Positions 26,666-37,456 of a stretch of 64,000 bases of DNA are shown here, piece after piece; position 1 is the first letter of the stretch; the number at the start of each line of letters is the position of its first letter. The notes under the pieces are model-generated. The model was not told where the DNA came from. It made no database searches and saw only the letters and a program-made list of their open reading frames with translations. The stretch is from Heteronotia binoei (taxonomy: Eukaryota), in contig NC_083232.1 in NCBI RefSeq assembly GCF_032191835.1, positions 54,498,001 through 54,562,000 on the forward strand, read 5' to 3'. A program made the position numbers and the translations under genes.

Positions 26666-26965
26666 ACCATAACGTTACTTGTTACCAGAGAGGTGTTTTT
26701 GGTTTGGTTTTGTTTTTTGGCTACTGCCTCTCACAAAGAGAGGAAATGAGAATGTGAAAAACTGGCAAAGATGAAGAGGAGAATGATAAAAAGGTCAGGG
26801 ACGGCCAGCCTGTGATCTATTTCCAGAGGTTCTGCAACCCACTTTTGAATCCCACTCAACAGACAGGGCAACACTCCCAACAAAGAATCCATAGGCAGGA
26901 TCATGTCGTCAACAACAGCTATCTCTCAATTCTAATTTTTGTATATGCCTCCAATGTATAAAAAT

Positions 26966-27427
26966 TAGGGTTGCCAGGTCCTACTCAGGAAATAACTGGG
27001 GGCTTTGGGGGTGGAGCCAGGAGCAAGGTTGTGACAAGCACAATGAACTCTGAAGGGAGTTCTTCTGGCCATCACATTTAAAGGGACTGCTCCTTTTAAA
27101 TGCTTTCCCTTTACTGGAAATAATGCAGGATAGGGGCACCTTCTTTTGGAGCTCACAGAATTGGATCTCCTGGTCCAATCTTTTTGAAAATTGGGAGGGG
27201 GGTGGGTTGAGGAGAGGCACAAGATACAGCCCTCCCCAAACTCCAGATACCCACAGACTGATTTCCATTATACCCTATGGGGACCAATCACCATAGGGTA
27301 TAATAGAGTGCCCAGCAGACATTCACTCCCCTGTAAGCTTTCTGGTAACCCTGAAGTGGTGGTGGTGGGGGGAGAAGGCCTCCAAACCACAGGATTCCCT
27401 ACCCCCAAATGGAGATTGGCAACCCTA
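26966..27427. mobile_element. MITE with TAGGGTTGCCA termini (hAT/Blackjack-like)
   Basis: 11-bp TIR tagggttgcca / tggcaacccta; no clear TSD. Confidence 0.7.
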
Positions 27428-30400
27428 AAATACAGACAAAACAAAAGGGCAGCAGAATTCCTATTGTGAATTCTGGGCTCCCTTGAAAAGGAAAGGCCTT
27501 TCTTACAACCATTCCCTGTCACAAGCCCAATGCTTGATTCATACTTAAACTAAATTGAGCAGCAGCAATAAAATTTGTGCAGATGGACATCACAGCTTTC
27601 TTAATGAACAGGCTATAAGATATGTCTACCATAATAAGGGTTTGCTGCCCTGGAATTAATCTACCATTTCTGTGGATATATTACCTACTATATATACAAC
27701 CACTAGAACTGCTAGCTAAAGTATCTTTTTGGATACATGACAATAAACATATAGCTACATGAAAATCAACTGGCTTTAATTTATTCTTAGGTATACCTGT
27801 AGATCTCATTAAAAATAAGCTATTTTTTTGTATACAAAAAATTGATAAATTACATATAGTTACATACCCCTTAATGTCAGTGTTAACTGGGACAGCTAGG
27901 TATATTGGTCAATGTTTTGGACAAGATCAGCTACATATTCTAAGTTACAGAGATTGTAGTAATTTATTTTAAACCAGAATTAGACAAGCATTTCAATCTG
28001 TGCTGCTCATGTTCAAAGCGGAAAGAATTACAATAAAATTCTGATTCATTCTTAAAAAAATAGTAAAAGGAAAGATGATAACATAAAATTACACTGAGCT
28101 GTAAATGCTTACAAAAAGGAGAGACAGAAATGTCACTAAATGTTTAGTATACGTTTTGCCTGTATGCATTTGTACATTACCAAAGGATAATTATAAGTCT
28201 GCTCTTCCTGGGCAAGCGGGGAAGATTAAGATTAGACCTCCCCCCCCCCCACCTTTTCACCATTCCCCTCAAGCAAAAGGTTAGCACAGGAAAAAAAAAC
28301 ACATTTTAATGAATTCATATACAAGCTGATTTGAGACAAAACAACAGTAATAACCACTTGCTTTTTTCTCATTTTTTAAAAAAAATGCTTGGTTTTTCAT
28401 ACTAATTGCTCTTTACTGAAATTCCTGCTTGGTTTAGCAATGATTCCTCTCTGCTACACCTTTTATTTTTTATTCCTAATCCTCTAGCTGTGCTTTTGTC
28501 TGAACTGCTCATCTGCCTCCCTGTCCCAATGTACAGCCTTGTTGGGCAAGGAGAACAGAATTCTCAGCCAAGTTGGTAGTGTGATAGCAATCCTGATGAA
28601 CTGCTGAAAAAGAAAAGTTTATTTGTATAAATATTTACTTAAGCTAGAAAATAAGTCCTTCCTTTTAAATGCAGGAACTCCAACATTTGTCTAAATTGGT
28701 CTTCTCTTGTTATAATACAGATGCCTCTTTCTTGCACACAAAAAGCTGCAGTCTTAACACAGTGGACTTTCATTCATTAGACGCTAAAAGCCAACTATGA
28801 CTGTGTTATGAATACTGTTGCCCTACACCAATATCAATAAAAATACATCACATCTCCCTCCAACAAGAGAGAAACTCTGAGTCACACATTTATACTCTAA
28901 AGAAGTCCAATTCAAAAATCATATTCTATACATCTTTCTCATCTGTTATTTCTGTCTTCAGCTGAATGACTTAAGTCTACTGTGCACATATTAATATCAG
29001 CTTTAAAACTGAAACAGCACAAGCTAATATACAGAAGTCATAAGCTAAACTACACTTTCCAGTGACCGCAGGACAATAGTGGTTTCTAAAAATCACTTCT
29101 AGGTTCATTTCATATTTTCACACTGGAACTCTAAAAATTGACTACTGGATCAAAGGGAACAGTTTAACAACATAAAAGTAAAGCCTAGCTGTTAGTGCAT
29201 ACTGGCAAACTGAAGGAAAATTTGTGCTCACAGGAAGAGTTGTGTGCAGCAAGAATGAACGTCTACAATTGGTGAAATGGTTCAATGGCATAAGCAAGCT
29301 CAGAAGCAAATATGGGAATTTTGACTATCAAAAAGACATTTTCAGAAAGAGTGGTGACTTGTACTAAGCATATCATACTGTATTAAAAAGTAGAGAAGCT
29401 TGCTTCAGTCCATTCAAACTTCCAGAAGTCCATCAAGATAAACATGATAGTCTAGAATCGGAAGCTACTTGATCTTTCAAAACCAATTAGCCAAGACATA
29501 GGGAAGTTGGACATATGGCAAAATTTTATTCCTTTAGGAACAAGACAGTAGGCAAGAAAGGGTTTATTCCACTAACAAATCAGTAGGTGGATTCCAAAAA
29601 GAACATTGCTCCCTGGTCAGACAAGAGACCACCCTGAACCTCAAATCTTGGTTTGTAAGGCCTAAGGACCCCCCTGAAAAAGCCAACACACACAAGAATA
29701 CCCCAGAAACCCCAGCTCTATGCTATAGGTCCAGTGCAAACACAAGCTTTGTCCTTCTCCCTTAGTATAAGATTGGGTCCAGGTGGGAGTGTCTGCCTCT
29801 GTCATATTATTAAACACGGGATTTAATGGCAAGATATGTAATGTCTGAGATGGAGATGATGCCCAGATAGTTGCTCTACAAATGTCTATGGCATAACCAG
29901 TGAAAAGATATGTGAAGGGTCAGGAGAATGATGAATAGACCATTCCTACAGGTAGAGGATGGCCCAATGATATGTAGGCCATAACAATGTATTTGCTGAG
30001 CTGTTTGGAGATGGTAGACCTAGAAGCTTTAAAATCCTAGGCTCCTGGCTTATAAAAGACAAAAAAAAAAATTTCAACTGCTGCATGGAAACCATTTGAA
30101 TAACATTGTTTTAATGTGGCTGGCCAAACATACTAATTGTGGCATTTATGTTCTCTAGGATTACCTGATTTGGGACAAAAATTGAAAATTAACTCTTTCA
30201 GACCTGTGAACAGTAGAGATCACATTACAGAAGAATGATGGACTAATGCGTTAAGGTGAAAAATGTGCAGTTCTTTTCTGACTACAAACTTTTATCCCAT
30301 TCTTCTGGCCATGATGGTAGCCACAGACACACAAACACAAACATTCCAGGAATGAATATGTAGAGATCTTTAGACAGTGGAAGTGAGCCTTGGGAAAAAC

Positions 30401-30496
30401 CCTAAAAATCAGAGGCAACTCCCAAGTTGGGAACCTGTGGCCCTGAGGTTTATTACAGAGGCACTTTTCAGAAATCTCTTAGTACAAGTGAGAACC

Positions 30497-30985
30497 TAGA
30501 ACATAAGAAATAAGAGAAGCCATGTTGGATCAGGCCAATGGCCCATCCAGTCCAACACTGTCACACAGCAGCAAACCCCCCCCCCCAAAAAAAAAAACAC
30601 CAACGGGTGCCATCAAGAAGTCCATCAGTGGAGCCAGGACACAAGAAGCTTGTACTAAGAAATATAGAATACTAAATTGCTCAGGGTTGTGAGAACCAGA
30701 GAGGATTGTGAGGCAATGTTTTATGACACACACGGCCAAACCAGACAAAGTCCCATTTATGTCAGATTCCAGACCTCATAACAACTGAATTCAACATGTA
30801 TTATTACTAACTGAAAATACATTATAAACTTTTTGGATAAAATCAACAACGATGAATTGATGACTTAGGGTTTTGAAGAATGAGAGGAAAAAGCTTACAG
30901 ACAGAGGCATAAGAACATAAGAGAAGCCATGTTGGATCAGGCCAATGGCCCATCCAGTCCAACACTCTGTGTCTCACAGTGGCCA
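30497..30985 (-). mobile_element. Two CR1 3'-end fragments (30497-30660 and ~30904-30985)
   Basis: Identical 50-mer ataagagaagccatgttggatcaggccaatggcccatccagtccaacact at 30510 and 30917, each next to a taagaaca-type tail. Confidence 0.7.
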
Positions 30986-31507
30986 ATATATGTGTGTGTG
31001 TATATATATCTACATATATTATGTAGCTATAGAGTAATTACAGTAACTAAATTGTCAGTCATAGATAAAAAGGAGAAAAAAGTATCTTTTGTCAATTCTC
31101 CACTCCATGCATGATTTTATAAACCTCTATCATGTTCTTTATTTTCCCTCTACTTTTCATGTTTCTCTCACTTTTTATTTCCTATTTCCTTTTTCTGTTT
31201 TTCTTTTTTATGTATGTTCTAAAAATCTTGGTATATAAAATTATAGAGTTCTACAAACTCAAGGAACTCCAGTTTCACAGAGAGATGAACCAGTTTATTC
31301 AGACCCTTCTATTTTTTATTTCCCCTTGGGACTTCTACCAGGAAATTCTGAGCCCATAAAGGACAAACTGGGATAATATGGATTATATGGAATTAGCTGT
31401 AATTGTTCTTAAGGCTGGGTCAGTGGTCTCATAGGCTCAATGGATAGCCAGTCTGATTTTCTGTTCCCAGTGGTTGTGCAGTATCACCTCTCTTTTCTTA
31501 TTAACAA

Positions 31508-32170
31508 TTAGAACAAAGTAGGAGTCTAGTAGCACCTTTAAGAGCAACCAAGTTTTATTCAAAATGTGAGCTTAATAATAATAACAACTTTTTATTTATG
31601 TCTTTCTTATGCATGCATGCATGCTTCATCAGACAATGGAATGGGGTACAGTGAGGACATTTACTTTTTAACATACATTTATACATCATTCTAGTTTGCC
31701 ATTAGAAAAAAAGAATACATTAAAATATAGTGGAAGATGGGTTTAGTATATGTAATGTTATAAACAGCCAATATCTCTTATTTGACTATGTCAATACAAA
31801 AAACATTATTCTGATACGCTATTCTGAAAAACAAATACATTGGAGTTAGGAAAATTAAGTGGACAGGAAAAACCTCTAAGAAATGTCCTCATTTTAACAC
31901 AGATTTGCTAGCAATACATTAATTAACAGACATTTATTACCGCATTTTCCCATTCTGACATATAGTAACATTGGTTTCCCACATAAATGCTATCAAATGT
32001 TCTTTCAATTTGTTAATTGCACTATTTTGCCATTGGATTCTAACTTTATACCACTTTGCATTCTAAACCACTGTCTACCAGCTATAAGTAGCTCTGCTCA
32101 CTGTGCCCCATTCCATTATCTGATGAAGTATGCATGCATACAAAAGATTACATTCTGAATAAAAAGTCGT
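31508..32170. mobile_element. PLE inverted-repeat remnant with two broken hammerheads
   Basis: The minus motif (~31566-31635) is split by a ~30-bp insertion just after GAAAG. The plus motif (32117-32152) has G12>A and helix III C>A. Confidence 0.65.
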
Positions 32171-32318
32171 TGAAATAACAAAATTAATTGATCTGATACA
32201 TAAGAATAAATTCATAGACAAGATCTCATTGGAAGCTAAGATTAAAAAACCAATGCCACGGTACAAATATTTGCAATTTCAACACCTATCCTCTTCCATT
32301 AAATTAATAGAAAGAATA

Positions 32319-33735
32319 AGACATCCACTGTCAAATCTGGATCAAAGCAGGTCGGCGCTGCTGATTCTTCTCGACCTGTCAGAAGCGTTTCACATGGTCG
32401 ACTATGATCTATTGACCCAACGCCTCACCGTCACAGGAATACGGGGGATAGCCTTGCAATGGTTTTCCTCCTTTCTCTGGGGACGGGGACAAAGGGGGAG
32501 GCTGGGTAAGCAAACCTTCATGTGACACCCACTTACATGTGGAGTGCCGCAGGAAACTATTCTTTTGCCCATATTATTTAACATCTATATGCGCCCCCTT
32601 GCCCACATTGCCCGAGGTTTCGGTCTGGGTTGTCACCAGTATGCTGATGACACCCAACTCTATCTGTTGATGGATGGCAGACCGTCCTCTGCCCCTGAAC
32701 TCCTGTCCGAGCCATTAGGAACCATAGCGGGATGGCTGCAGCAGAGCTGACTGAAGTTAAATCCAGCTAAGTCAGAGGTCCTGTGCCTGAATCGAGGGGG
32801 GAGGTTATGTACCCAGCTTCCACCCTTGGATGACACGGTTTTAGTGCCAACCAAACAAGTGAAGAGTTTGGAAGTGATCCCAGATGCCTCACTCTCTATG
32901 GAGGCCCAGGTCGCAGTTGCTGCCGGGTCTGCCTTCTACCATCTGTGGCAAATCAGGCAGCTAGCACCATATCTATCCCCCCAAGACCTGGCCACAGTGA
33001 CTCATGCAATGGTCACAGACTAGATTACTGTAACTCGCTCTATGCTGGCTTGCCGTTGAAACTGATCCGGAAACTGCAGCAGGTGCAGAACACGGCAGCT
33101 CACCTGCTGACTGCATCACCTATACGGGTGAGCATGCAGCCAGTGCTCCGTGGCCTGCACTGGCTGCCCATAGACTACCTGATCCACTTCAAGGTGTTAA
33201 TTCTGACTTTTAAGGCCTTACATGGCCTGGGTGTGGGACCGTCTCTTCCCATATATGCTCTGGAGGTCGCTTCGTTCAGCCTCCCAACATAGGCTAACTG
33301 TCCCTGGGCCAAGAGATGCCCATCTTAGCTCTACCAGGGCCAGGTCTTTTTCGGTCCTGGCCCCAACCTGGTGGAATCAGCTCCCTATAGAGATCCGGGC
33401 CCTACCTGATTTGCAAGCCTTTCGTAGGGCCTGTGAAACGGAGCTGTTCTGCCAGGTCTTCGGTGAGGCAGCGGGCATCTACCAATTAGATCAGTTGGCC
33501 TCCCCTACTGTACTATCTTGCTGTGCTGATTTGCTGAACTGTCCTGCTGCACCATCTCATCATATTGTTCTGCCGGGCTATTTTGTTCTATTGAATACTG
33601 AAACTGACTTTTATTATTATATGATTTTATTGTGAGTTTATTATTACGTTGTGTTCCACCCTGAGCCCCTATGGGGGAATGGGCGGAATATAAATAAATA
33701 ATGATAATATAAATAATAATAATAATAATAATAAA
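32319..33735 (+). mobile_element. L2-clade LINE, 5'-truncated
   Basis: LLILLDLSEAFHMVDY, PILFNIYM, CHQYADDTQLY, RLDYCNSLY; (aat)n tail at ~33700-33735. Confidence 0.9.
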
Positions 33736-34061
33736 AACTTCAAGAATATCTTAAAACAAATTGACAGTGGAGAAAAAGGCACTATATCGAAATTATATTT
33801 TAGAAGAACAAAAGCTACACAGATCACTTTCATATCATCAGAAATGGGAGAAAGAATGCAATATTAAATTTTCACCTCAATATTGGGATTCTATATGGAA
33901 TGCTTATGAAAATATAACTAGTGTTATTTTGATTAGATGGCAAAATTTCAAACTTATGTCATGGTATCAAAGAATTCAGGTTTTCACGGCTGGTAACATC
34001 ATTAGGGTTTGTAGAATCTTTCGGGATCAAGTGCCGTGTTCTACTGGAGAAAGTTTTCCTT

Positions 34062-34102
34062 CCAGACGTTTCGTTCTCAGCTGCGGAGAACATCCTCAGT
34101 GG
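34062..34102 (-). ncRNA. Minimal type I hammerhead ribozyme motif, intact, on the IGF2BP3 pre-mRNA strand
   Basis: CCA-CUGAGGA-U-GUUCUC cgcagcu GAGAAC-GAAA-CG-U-C/UGG: GUC triplet, predicted cut between 34065 and 34064. Confidence 0.8.
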
Positions 34103-34196
34103 CGTTGCAGCCGGAGCAGGCGCTCAGACCTTCTTGGCTGTTGTGCATTGAGTCACAGCAGCCAAGAAGGTCTGAGCGCCTGCTCCGGCTGCAACG

Positions 34197-34237
34197 CCAC
34201 TGAGGATGTTCTCCGCAGCTGAGAACGAAACGTCTGG
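34197..34237 (+). ncRNA. Minimal type I hammerhead ribozyme motif, intact (mirror copy)
   Basis: Same sequence as the minus copy; CTGAGGA at 34200-34206, GAAA at 34227-34230, predicted cut at 34234/34235. Confidence 0.8.
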
Positions 34238-34756
34238 AAGGAAAACTTTCTCCAGTAGAACACGGCACTTGATCCCGAAAGATTCTACAAACCCTATGTC
34301 ATGGTACTCTACCCCACAAAAATTGGTTTATTTTGGAAAATAAATAGATTGACGATAGCATACAAATGGAAAGCAGAAGCAGCTCCTTCTCTAATTTTAT
34401 GGCATTTGAAGATATGGAATATATATATATATATATATAAAATGGTCAAGCTAACTGAAATGAACAAAAGATTAATAGACCCAGATTCAGATATATTTTT
34501 TTCTATCTGGTATCCAATATTAGAATACCTACAGAAATATAGTGAAATCTCTAAGATAGTAACAACACTCCAGTTATAAATATAAAGTAGAAGATTTTCT
34601 ATTATTTTCTCCCACAGAATTGTTAATTTGAAATTAATCACTCCTTCTTAGTCATAACAAATGTTTGGTAATACCTTCTCTTTCTGTAATTTTAGAAATC
34701 GTTCTATATATGTGTGTATATTACTTTGGATTGTAATATATTAAAATTTTTAAAAA

Positions 34757-34912
34757 AGTAGCTCTGCTCACTGTACCCCATTTTATTGTCTGATGAAGTA
34801 CGCATGCATATGAAAGCTTACATTCTGAATAAAACATTGTGGGTCTTAAAGGTGCTCCTGGACTCCTACTTTGTTCTACTGTTTCAGACCAACATGGCTG
34901 CCCACTTGGATC
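34757..34912 (+). mobile_element. Solo PLE terminal fragment with hammerhead motif (34787-34822; core intact, stem II weakened)
   Basis: UGU-CUGAUGA-A-GUACG caug CAUAU-GAAA-GC-U-U/ACA followed by the same tail as the 1141-1710 element. Confidence 0.7.
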
Positions 34913-34984
34913 TTATTAACCATTGCCTTTGAAGCCAAGGTTGCTACAAGTGAGTCCACTAGGGGGTGCATCAGATGGGACATA

Positions 34985-35721
34985 CCGTATTTTTCGCACC
35001 ATAAGACGCACTCCCCCCCCCCCAAAAAAAAAGTGAGGGGGAAAGTGTGTGTGTCTTATGGAGCGAAGGTACCATACGTACCTTCCTCGGGGGGGGGGGG
35101 GGGTTGCTTCCTCTGTGCCTGGCTTCAGCTGCTGCTTATAGCAAGTGCCGGGATCGGAGGCTTGGCGAAGCGCTGGGTTTGCGGAGGGGGTGTGTGCTTT
35201 CTCTGTGCCTGTCTGCCTGGCTTCAGCTGCTGCTTATAGCAAGGGCTGGGATCGGAGGCAGCCAAGCCTCCGATCCCAGCACTTGGTATAAGCAGCAGCT
35301 GAAGCCAGGCACAGAGGAAGCACCCCTCTCTCCGCATACCCAGCGCTTCCCGAAGCGCTGGGTTTGCGGGGGAGGGGTGCTTCCTCTGTGCCTGTCTGCC
35401 TGGCTTCGGCTGCTGCTTATAGCAAGGGCTGGGATCGGAGGCAGCCAAGCCTCCGATCCCAGCCCTTGCTATAAGCAGCATCTGAAGCCAGGCACAGTGG
35501 AAGCACACACACCCCTCCGCAAACCCAGCACTTCGCGAAGCGCTGGGTTTGCGGAGGGGGCGGCATGCTTTTTCCGTGCCTGGCTGGGAGACAAGCGGCG
35601 AGATCGCTCCCTGCGAAGTGCTGGGTTTGCGGTGGGGGAGGAGGGAGCGATCTCGCCCTTGTCAGCCAGCCAGGCACCTGTGTCTTATGGTCAGAAGCGT
35701 CCAATGGACCGAAAAATATGG
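34985..35721 (+). mobile_element. Tc1/mariner (pogo-like) MITE with internal hairpin repeats
   Basis: TA|ccgtatttttcg ... cgaaaaatatgg|TA; internal ctgggatcggaggc-agccaa-gcctccgatcccag hairpins. Confidence 0.8.
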
Positions 35722-36129
35722 TAATTTTCTCTTCTAATAAACTCCCTAGTAAGGTTGCTGGTACCTTCACACTAGAGATAGACACGAACCAATCCACAAA
35801 TTGTGATTTGTGCATGTATCAGGCTAATTTGTTGTATGACCTTAGCTGGTTTGGCACTTGGTGATTCATTTAGTTCGTTTTTGCAGTTTTGTTTTTCCAC
35901 CCAGTCTGGCACTGGTTCAATCAATTCCTAGCCGACACTGGGAATGGACTTCTGGGAGCCCTAGAAACACCCACAGCAGTTGTCCACAGCTTGTCAGCTC
36001 TGTGAGCCAATCACGGAGCTACCATTCTGCTCTATGGGAGCAGGCACCCTGACTCAGCTGCTTTCACTTTGCAGCATGAAGAGAGAAGAGTTATCATGGG
36101 AACTGATGTCCTGGGGGTATCTCCTTTGA

Positions 36130-36810
36130 GGGACTATAACTCAGACATTCCAAAATCAATCTTCAACAAATTTGGAGACGGGTGAAGGAGAGCCTCCTGA
36201 AGACTCCCAGTGAGTTTTACACCTCCCAAACAAAACAAACCATGAACCAGTTTGGGCAACCACATGGATCACAAACCAATATGAACCACAATTTCCCTGG
36301 TTTGTGCCCATCCCGAGACAGTGAGGCTACCTCTCATGGTGTCATTCTGCCAAGGAGGGTGAACTATCAAGAAGAAAATTTTTCCTCCATCAGCTGCCCA
36401 GGAAATGCTTTTCAGATCAGAAATATATCTAGTATTCCTAATCATGTCCATGTCCTGGCTTGGGCAGATATAGTCAGGAGAAGGATCGAAGAAACCCAGG
36501 TGACAGAGATAGGTCCCTTCCTTTAGTAGGTATGGAGGTTTTCCCTTGTAGTTCTAGAGCTGATCCCTTTCCACAATACTCTCAGAGTCTTTTAGATGAA
36601 TAGTAGTGTGAACCCTCTTAGACCAATAGTGGTATAAACTAGGGAGCCTCTAGCCACCAATGCCACCCCCAAAAACAATAAAAAATATGCCAAATCTTCT
36701 TATCCTCAAAAGATTCAGCCCAAGGAAGACCTGATTCCTTTGATCAGTAGGCAGAGACCAGAACCAGGATAGTTTCCTCCACAAGAGGCTACATTCTTTT
36801 GGCCCTGCCT
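36130..36810 (-). mobile_element. Possible very old DIRS methyltransferase-recombinase fossil
   Basis: Degenerate ILVLVSAY*, GFLRSFS*LYLP and MTP*EVASLS occur in the order expected for ILVAPWW / FLRGL / ITSARRVSEL. Similarity is weak. Confidence 0.3.
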
Positions 36811-36825
36811 CCTCAGTTGAAATAA

Positions 36826-37025
36826 GTGCTGGACTAGAATTTGGAACCCAGGTTCAAATGCCGACTCTGCCACATAAACTTGCTGAGTGACCTTGGACCA
36901 GTCACACTCAGCCTAACGTACCTCACAGGATTATTGTGAGAATAAAACAAAGAGAGAAGAACCATGTAAGCCACTTTGGATACACACTTGGGAGAATCTG
37001 GAGTATAAATGAGGCAAACAAATAA
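36826..37025 (+). mobile_element. Old MIR-like SINE
   Basis: ccaggttcaaat...gtgaccttgg...cagcctaacgtacctcacagg...gtataaat. Confidence 0.7.
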
Positions 37026-37103
37026 GTTAACTGTTTCCTGACCTTCTAGAACTAAAGAATGTAATATTTTCATGGAGTTTTTAAAACTATACATGACAAT
37101 CAT

Positions 37104-37456
37104 TTGGAATACTGCATACAGTTCAGATCACCCTATTTAAAAAAGGACATCACAGAAGTGGAAAAAGTACAGAAGAGGACAACCAAGATGATTATGGGAT
37201 TGGACCACCAAACCTATGAGGAAAGGCTGAAGAGGCTAGGACTTTTCAGTTTAGAAAAAAGACAACAAAGGTGGGCATATAGAGGTTTATAAAATTATGT
37301 ATGGAGTGGAGAAAGATAAATTTTTCTCTTTCTCCCAAAATATTAGACCTTGAGGGCATTTGATGAAGCTGGTGGGCAGTAAATTCAACCAGACAAAAGG
37401 ATATATATCTTTATATAACAAGTGATTAAAATGTGGAATTTGCAGCTAGAGGATGT
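37104..37456 (+). mobile_element. CR1 ORF2 C-terminal fragment; resumes at ~41487-41740
   Basis: [32 protein letters not shown]...[16 protein letters not shown]; ends at gaggatgt and continues after the nested inserts with gatgcccacaggcacagacagctttaaa. Confidence 0.85.

Larger units (their letters stand above)
33967..34296 (-). mobile_element. Young PLE terminal insertion: 294-bp palindrome (34003-34296) plus a 36-bp tail, 10-bp TSD
   Basis: Arms 34003-34145 and 34154-34296 have one mismatch (34141/34158) around an 8-nt loop; tgtcatggta is duplicated at 33957-33966 and 34297-34306. Confidence 0.88.
33737..34745 (+). mobile_element. L1-clade LINE 3' fragment interrupted by a PLE
   Basis: WEKECNIKFSPQYWDSIW...QNFKLMSWY|STPQKL...IAYKWK...FFSIWYPILEYL; the reading continues across the PLE TSD. 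Confidence 0.7.

Noticed and set aside
29280-29560. Possible RT fossil (LVPK and VYLDG-like words on the minus strand)
   Set aside because: Motif spacing is far too short and similarity too weak to call.
30510-30966. Exact 50-bp direct repeat 407 bp apart (LTR- or CRISPR-like)
   Set aside because: Two CR1 3' ends; there is no spacer array or cas gene, and the DNA is vertebrate.
33761-34268. 153-aa plus-strand ORF and a minus-strand ORF with the same peptide
   Set aside because: A chimera of L1 remnant and PLE palindrome; the identical peptides simply reflect the inverted repeat.
35047-35864. Cluster of long overlapping ORFs (also at 45303-45762)
   Set aside because: Stop-poor GC-rich MITE repeats with no transposase or other domain motifs.
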